A stretch of DNA of 64,000 nt from the human T2T-CHM13v2.0 reference genome, Homo sapiens. The translations under genes and the position numbers were made by a program. A model generated the notes under the pieces. The model did not search any database. It was given only the letters and a program-made list of their open reading frames with translations, and was not told the DNA's origin. Location: assembly GCF_009914755.1 (NCBI RefSeq), contig NC_060933.1. One strand, written 5' to 3'. Shown here one piece after another: positions 58,701 to 64,000 of the stretch (position 1 is its first letter; every line of letters begins with the position of its first letter).

Positions 58701-61700
58701 AATGGAATGGTACGGAATAGAATGGAATGGAACGAATTGTAATGGAATGGAATTGAATGGAATGGAATGGAATCAACGCGAGTGCAGGGGAATGTAATGG
58801 AACGGAATGCAATGGAATGGAATCATCCGGAATGGAATGGAATGGAATGGAATGCAATGGAATGGAATGGAATGGAATCAACGCGAGGGCAGGGGAATGG
58901 AAGGGAATGGAATGCAATGGAATGGAATCTTCCGGAATGGAATGGAATGGAATGGAATCAACCCGAGTGCAATGGAATGGAGTGGAATGGAATGGAATGG
59001 AATGGAACAACCCGAATGGAATGGAATGTAATGGAGAGTAAGGGAGTTGAATAGAATCAATCCGAATGTAATGGAATGGAATGCAACGGAATGGAATGGA
59101 ATGGAATGGAATGGAATGCAATGGAATTGAATCAACCCGAGTACAATGGAATGGAATGGAATGGAATGGAATGGAACGGAACGGAATGGAATGGAATGGA
59201 ATGGAATGGAATGATACGGAATAGAATGGAATGGAACGAAATGGAATGGAATGGAATAGAATGGAATGGAATGGAATGGAATGGAATGGAATCGTTCCGA
59301 GTGGAATAGGAGGGAATGTATTCGAGTGGAATGGAAAGGAATGGAATCAACCAGAGTGGAATGGAAGGGAATGGAATGGAATGGAAACTAATAGAATGGA
59401 ATCAACCCGAGAGGAATGGAATGGAAAGGACTGGAATGGAATGTAATGGAATGGAATCAACTCGATTGTAATGGAATGGAATGGAATGGAATGGAATGCA
59501 ATGGAATTAACCCGAATACAATGCAATGGAAAGGAATGGAACGGAATGGAGTGGAATGGAATGGAATCAACGCGAGTACAGGGGAATGGAATGGAATGGA
59601 ATGCAATGGAATGGAATCATCCGGAATGGAATGGAATGGAAAGGAATGCAAAGCAATGGAATCAACTCGATTGCAATTTAATGGAATGGAATGAAAAGGA
59701 ATACATTGGAATCAACCCGAGTGGAATGGAATGGAAAGGACTGGAATGGAGTGGAATGGAATGGAATGGAATGGAATGGAATCAACTCGATTGGAATGGA
59801 ATGGAATGGAATGGAATGGAATGGAATGGAATGGAATTAACCGGAATAGAATGGAATGGAATGGAATGGAACGGAACGGAACGGAATGGAATGGAATGGA
59901 ATAGAATGGAATGGAATGGAAACAACCCGACTGCAGGGGAATGGAATGGAATGGAATGCAATGGAATGGATTCAACTTGAATGGAATGGAAAGAATGGAA
60001 TCAACACGAGTGGAATGGCATGGATTGGAATGGAATGGAATGGAATCAACCCGAGTACAGGGGAATGGAATGGAATGGAATGCAATGGAATGGAATCATC
60101 CGTAATGGAATGGAAAGGAATGGAATGGAATGGAATGGAATGGAATGGAATGGAATCAACTCGATTGCAATCGAATGGAATGGAATGGAATTAACCCGAA
60201 TAGAATGGGATGGAATGGAATGGAACGGAACGGAACGGAATGGAATGGATTGGAATGGAATGGAATGGAATGGAATGGAACGGAAAGGAATGGAATGGAA
60301 TGGAATGGAATGGAAGGGAATGGAATGGAACGGAATGGTATCAACGCGAGTGCAGGGGAATGGAATGGAATGGAATGCAATGGAATGGAAACTTCCGGAA
60401 TGGAATTGAATGGAATGGAATGGAATGAAATGCAATGGATTCAACTCGATTGCAATGGAATGGAATAGAATGGAATGGAATGGAATGGAATGTAATTAAT
60501 CCGAATTGAATGGAATGGAATGGAATGCAACGGAATGGAACGGAATGGAATGGAATGGAATGGAATGGAATGGTATGGAATGGAATGGAATGGTACGGAA
60601 TAGAATGGAATGGAACGAATTGTAATGGAATGGAATTGAATGGAATGGAATGGAATGGAATGGAATCAACGCGAGTGCAGGGGAATGTAATGGAACGGAA
60701 TGCAATGGAATGGAATCATCCGGAATGGAATGGAATGGAATGGAATGGAATGGAATGGAATGGAATCAACCCGAGTGCAATGGAATGGAGTGGAATGGAA
60801 TGGAATGGAATGGAACAACCCGAATGGAGTGGAATGTAATGGAGAGTAAGGGAGTTGAATAGAATCAATCCGAATGTAATGGAATGGAATGCAACGGAAT
60901 GGAATGGAATGGAATGGAATGGAATGCAATGGAATTGAATCAACCCGAGTACAATGGAATGGAATGGAATGGAATGGAATGGAATGGAATGGAATGGAAT
61001 GATACGGAATAGAATGGAATGGAACGAAATGGAATGGAATGGAATGGAATGGAATGGAATGGAATGGAATCGTTCCGAGTGGAATAGGAGGGAATGTATT
61101 CGAGTGGAATGGAAAGGAATGGAATCAACCAGAGTGCAATGGAAGGGAATGGAATGGAATGGAATGGAATGGAATGGAATGCTTTCAAACTGAATGGAAT
61201 GGAAAGGAATGGAATCAACACGAGTGGAATGGAATGGAATGGAATGGAATGGAATGGAATGGAAGGGAATGGAATGGAATGGAATGATACGGAATAGAAT
61301 GGAATGGAACGAAATGGAATGGAATGGAATGGAATGGAATGGAATGGAATGGAATCTTTCCGAGTGGAATAGGAGGGAATGTATTCGAGTGGAATGGAAA
61401 GGAATGGAATCAACCAGAGTGGAATGGAAGGGAATGGAATGGAATGGAAAGTAATAGAATGGAATCAACCCGAGTGGAATGGAATGGAAAGGACTGAAAT
61501 GGAATGGAATGGAATGGAATGGAATCAACTCGATTGTAATGGAATGGAATGGAATGGAATGGAATGGAATGGAATGGAATGGAATGGAAAGGAATTAACC
61601 CGAATACAATGGAATGGAAAGGAATGGAATGGAATGGAATGGAATGGAATGGAATGGAATGGAATGGAATGGAATCAACGCGAGTGCAGGGGAATGGAAT

Positions 61701-64000
61701 GGAATCGAATGGAATGGAATGGAATGGAATGGAATGGAATCAACCCGAGTGCAGGGGAATGTAATGGAACGGAATGCAATGGAATGGAATCATCCGGAAT
61801 GGAATGGAATGGAATGGAATGGAATGGAATGGAATCAACCCGAGTGCAATGGAATGGAGTGGAATGGAATGGAATGAAATGGAACAACCCGAATGGAATG
61901 GAATGTAATGGAGAGTAAGGGAGTTGAAAAGAATCAATCCGAATGTAATGGAATGGAATGGAACGGAATGGAAAGGAACGGAATGGAATGGAATGGAATG
62001 GAATGGAATGCAATGGAATGGAATCAACCCGAGTACAATGGAATGGAATGGAATGGAATGGAATGGAATGGAATGCAATGGAATGGAATCTTCCGGAATG
62101 GAATGGAATGGAATGGAATGGAATGCAATGGATTCAACTCGATTGCAATGGAATGGAATAGAATGGAATGGAATGGAATGGAATGGAATTAAACCGAATA
62201 GAATGGAATGGAATGGAATGGAACGGAACGGAACGGAACGGAACGGAACAGAGTGGAATGGAATGGAATGGAATTGTATGGAATGGAATGGAATGTTACG
62301 GAATAGAATGGAATGGAAAGAATTGGAATGGAATGGAATGGAATGGAATGGAATGGAATGGAATGGAATGGAATGGAATCAACCCGAGTGCAGGGGAATG
62401 TAATGGAACGGAATGCAATGGAATGGAATCATCCGGAATGGAATGGAATGGAATGGAATGGAATGGAATGGAATAAATCCGAGTGCAATGGAATGGAGTG
62501 GAATGGAATGGAATGGAATGGAACAACCCGAATGGAATGGAATGTAATGGAGAGTAAGGGAGTTGAATAGAATCAATCCGAATGTAATGGAATGGAATGG
62601 AACGGAATGGAATTGAATGGAATGGAATGGAATGCAATGGAATGGAATCAACCCGAGTCTAATGGAATGGAATGGAATGGAATGGAATGGAATGGAATGG
62701 AATGGAATGGAATGCCTTCAAACCGAATGGAATGGAAAGGAATGAAATCAACACGAGTGGAATGGAATGGAATGGAATGGAATGGAATGGAATGGAATGA
62801 TACGGAATAGAATGGAATGGAACGAAATGGAATGGAATGGAATGGAATGGAATGGAATGGAATGGAATGGTATGGAATGGAATGGAATCGTTCCGAGTGG
62901 AATAGGAGGGAATGTATTCGAGTGGAATGGAAAGGAATGGAATCAACCAGAGTGGAATGGAAGGGAATGGAATGGAATGGAAACTAATAGAATGGAATCA
63001 ACCCGAGTGGAATGGAATGGAAAGGACTGGAATGGAAAGGAATGGAATGGAATGGAATGGAATGGAATGGAATCAACGCGAGTGCAGGGGAATGGAATGG
63101 AATCGAATGGAATGGAATGGAATGGAATGGAATCAACCCGAGTGCAGGGGAATGTAATGGAACGGAATGCAATGGAATGGAATCATCCGGAATGGAATGC
63201 AATGGAATGGAATGGAATCAACCCGAGTGCAATGGAATGGAGTGGAATGGAATGGAATGGAATGGAACAATCCGAATGGAATGTAATGTAATGGAGAGTA
63301 AGGGAGTTGAAAAGAATCAATCCGAATGTAATGCAATGGAACGGAATGGAATGGAATGGAATGGAATGGAATGGAATGGAATGCAATGGAATGGAATCAA
63401 CCCGAGTACAATGGAATGGAATCGAATGGAATGGAATGGAATCGAATGGAATGGAATGGAATGATACGAAATAGAATGGAATGGAACGAAATAGAATGGA
63501 ATGGAAAGGAATGGAATGGAATGGAATGGAAAGGAATGGAATCAACCCGAGTGGAATGGTATGGAATGGAATGTAATGGAATGGAATGGAATGGAATCAA
63601 ATCGAGTGGAAAGGAATGGAATGGAATGGAAAGGAATGGAATGAAATCAACTCGAGTGGAATGGAATGGAATGGAATGGATTGGAATGGATTGCAATGGA
63701 ATGAAATGGAATGGAATGGAATGGAATCAATCATTCCGAGTGGAATGGAAGGGAATGTAATGGAGTGGAAAGAAGGGAATGGAATCAAGCCGAGTGGAAT
63801 GCAAGGCAATGGAATGGAATGGAAAGGAATGGAATGGAATCAACTGGATTGCAATGGAATGGAATTGAATGGAATGGAATGGAATGGAATGGAATGGAAA
63901 GGAATGAAAAGGAATGAAATGGAATGGAATGGAGTGCAATGGAATGGAATCAACCCGAGTGCAATCGAATGGAATCGAATGGAATGGAATGCAATGGAAT

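Larger units (their letters stand above)
1..64000 (+). repeat. Satellite III (HSat3) array, (GGAAT)n with interspersed CAACCCGAGT-type decamers
   Basis: GGAAT pentamers run from base 1 to 64000. They are interrupted by CAACCCGAGT (e.g. 526-535) and its variants CAACGCGAGT, CAACACGAGT, CAACTCGATT and TAACCCGAAT. A well-conserved pentamer plus the CAACCCGA(G/A)T decamer is the established definition of satellite III, as opposed to the more degenerate HSat2. Orientation is constant throughout. Confidence 0.98.

Noticed and set aside
5-63939. Hundreds of ORFs (MEWNG-rich on +, FHSIP-rich on -), up to 405 aa
   Set aside because: They are artefacts of a stop-free 5-bp repeat. They overlap in all frames, have no domain-like complexity and end wherever a landmark introduces a stop. 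Not annotated as CDS.
1-64000. CRISPR-like alternation of conserved landmarks and variable intervals
   Set aside because: The intervals are pentamer runs rather than unique spacers, their lengths are inconsistent, and there is no leader or cas gene.
1-64000. Strict higher-order repeat such as DYZ1 (3.6 kb) or the chr15 1.8 kb unit
   Set aside because: S-to-S spacing ranges from 285 to 6665 bp and EcoRI sites (3310, 11364, 16278, 21341, 23894, 44730, 49453) are irregular. Only a degenerate cycle is supported.
1-64000. HSat2, telomeric or alpha satellite identity
   Set aside because: The pentamers are highly pure with CAACCCGAGT decamers. There is no dominant CATTCGATTC/GATGAT pattern, no TTAGGG array and no 171-bp monomer.
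1-64000. Inversions or Alu/L1/other insertions
   Set aside because: I saw no (ATTCC)n tract on +, no poly-A tail and no non-satellite stretch longer than ~20 bp.
1-64000. A discrete SatIII ncRNA gene or promoter
   Set aside because: Stress-induced SatIII transcription is known for the family, but no start, end or core promoter can be located from this sequence.

Overview
The whole 64 kb window is one uninterrupted, single-orientation block of classical satellite III (HSat3). It is a (GGAAT)n pentamer backbone punctuated every few tens of bases by CAACCCGAGT-family landmarks, with the G/purine-rich strand on +. I see no genes, transposon insertions, inversions, CRISPR arrays or unique sequence, and every listed ORF is a translation of the pentamer (poly-MEWNG on +, poly-FHSIP on -). 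From memory, a recurring ~150 bp module resembles the chromosome 9 probe pHuR98, so the best guess is human 9q12 (HSat3B5-type); this needs an alignment to confirm. The array is neither random nor a fixed higher-order repeat. About ten diagnostic modules follow a preferred order, with an ~1.75-1.95 kb minimal cycle, and have been reshuffled by local duplications of 50 bp to ~2.9 kb. The most functionally suggestive observation is about 40 perfect tripartite heat-shock elements (GAAnnTTCnnGAA, usually GAATCTTCCGGAA). I did not find a convincingly novel biological system. All counts and coordinates were read by eye and may be off by a few.
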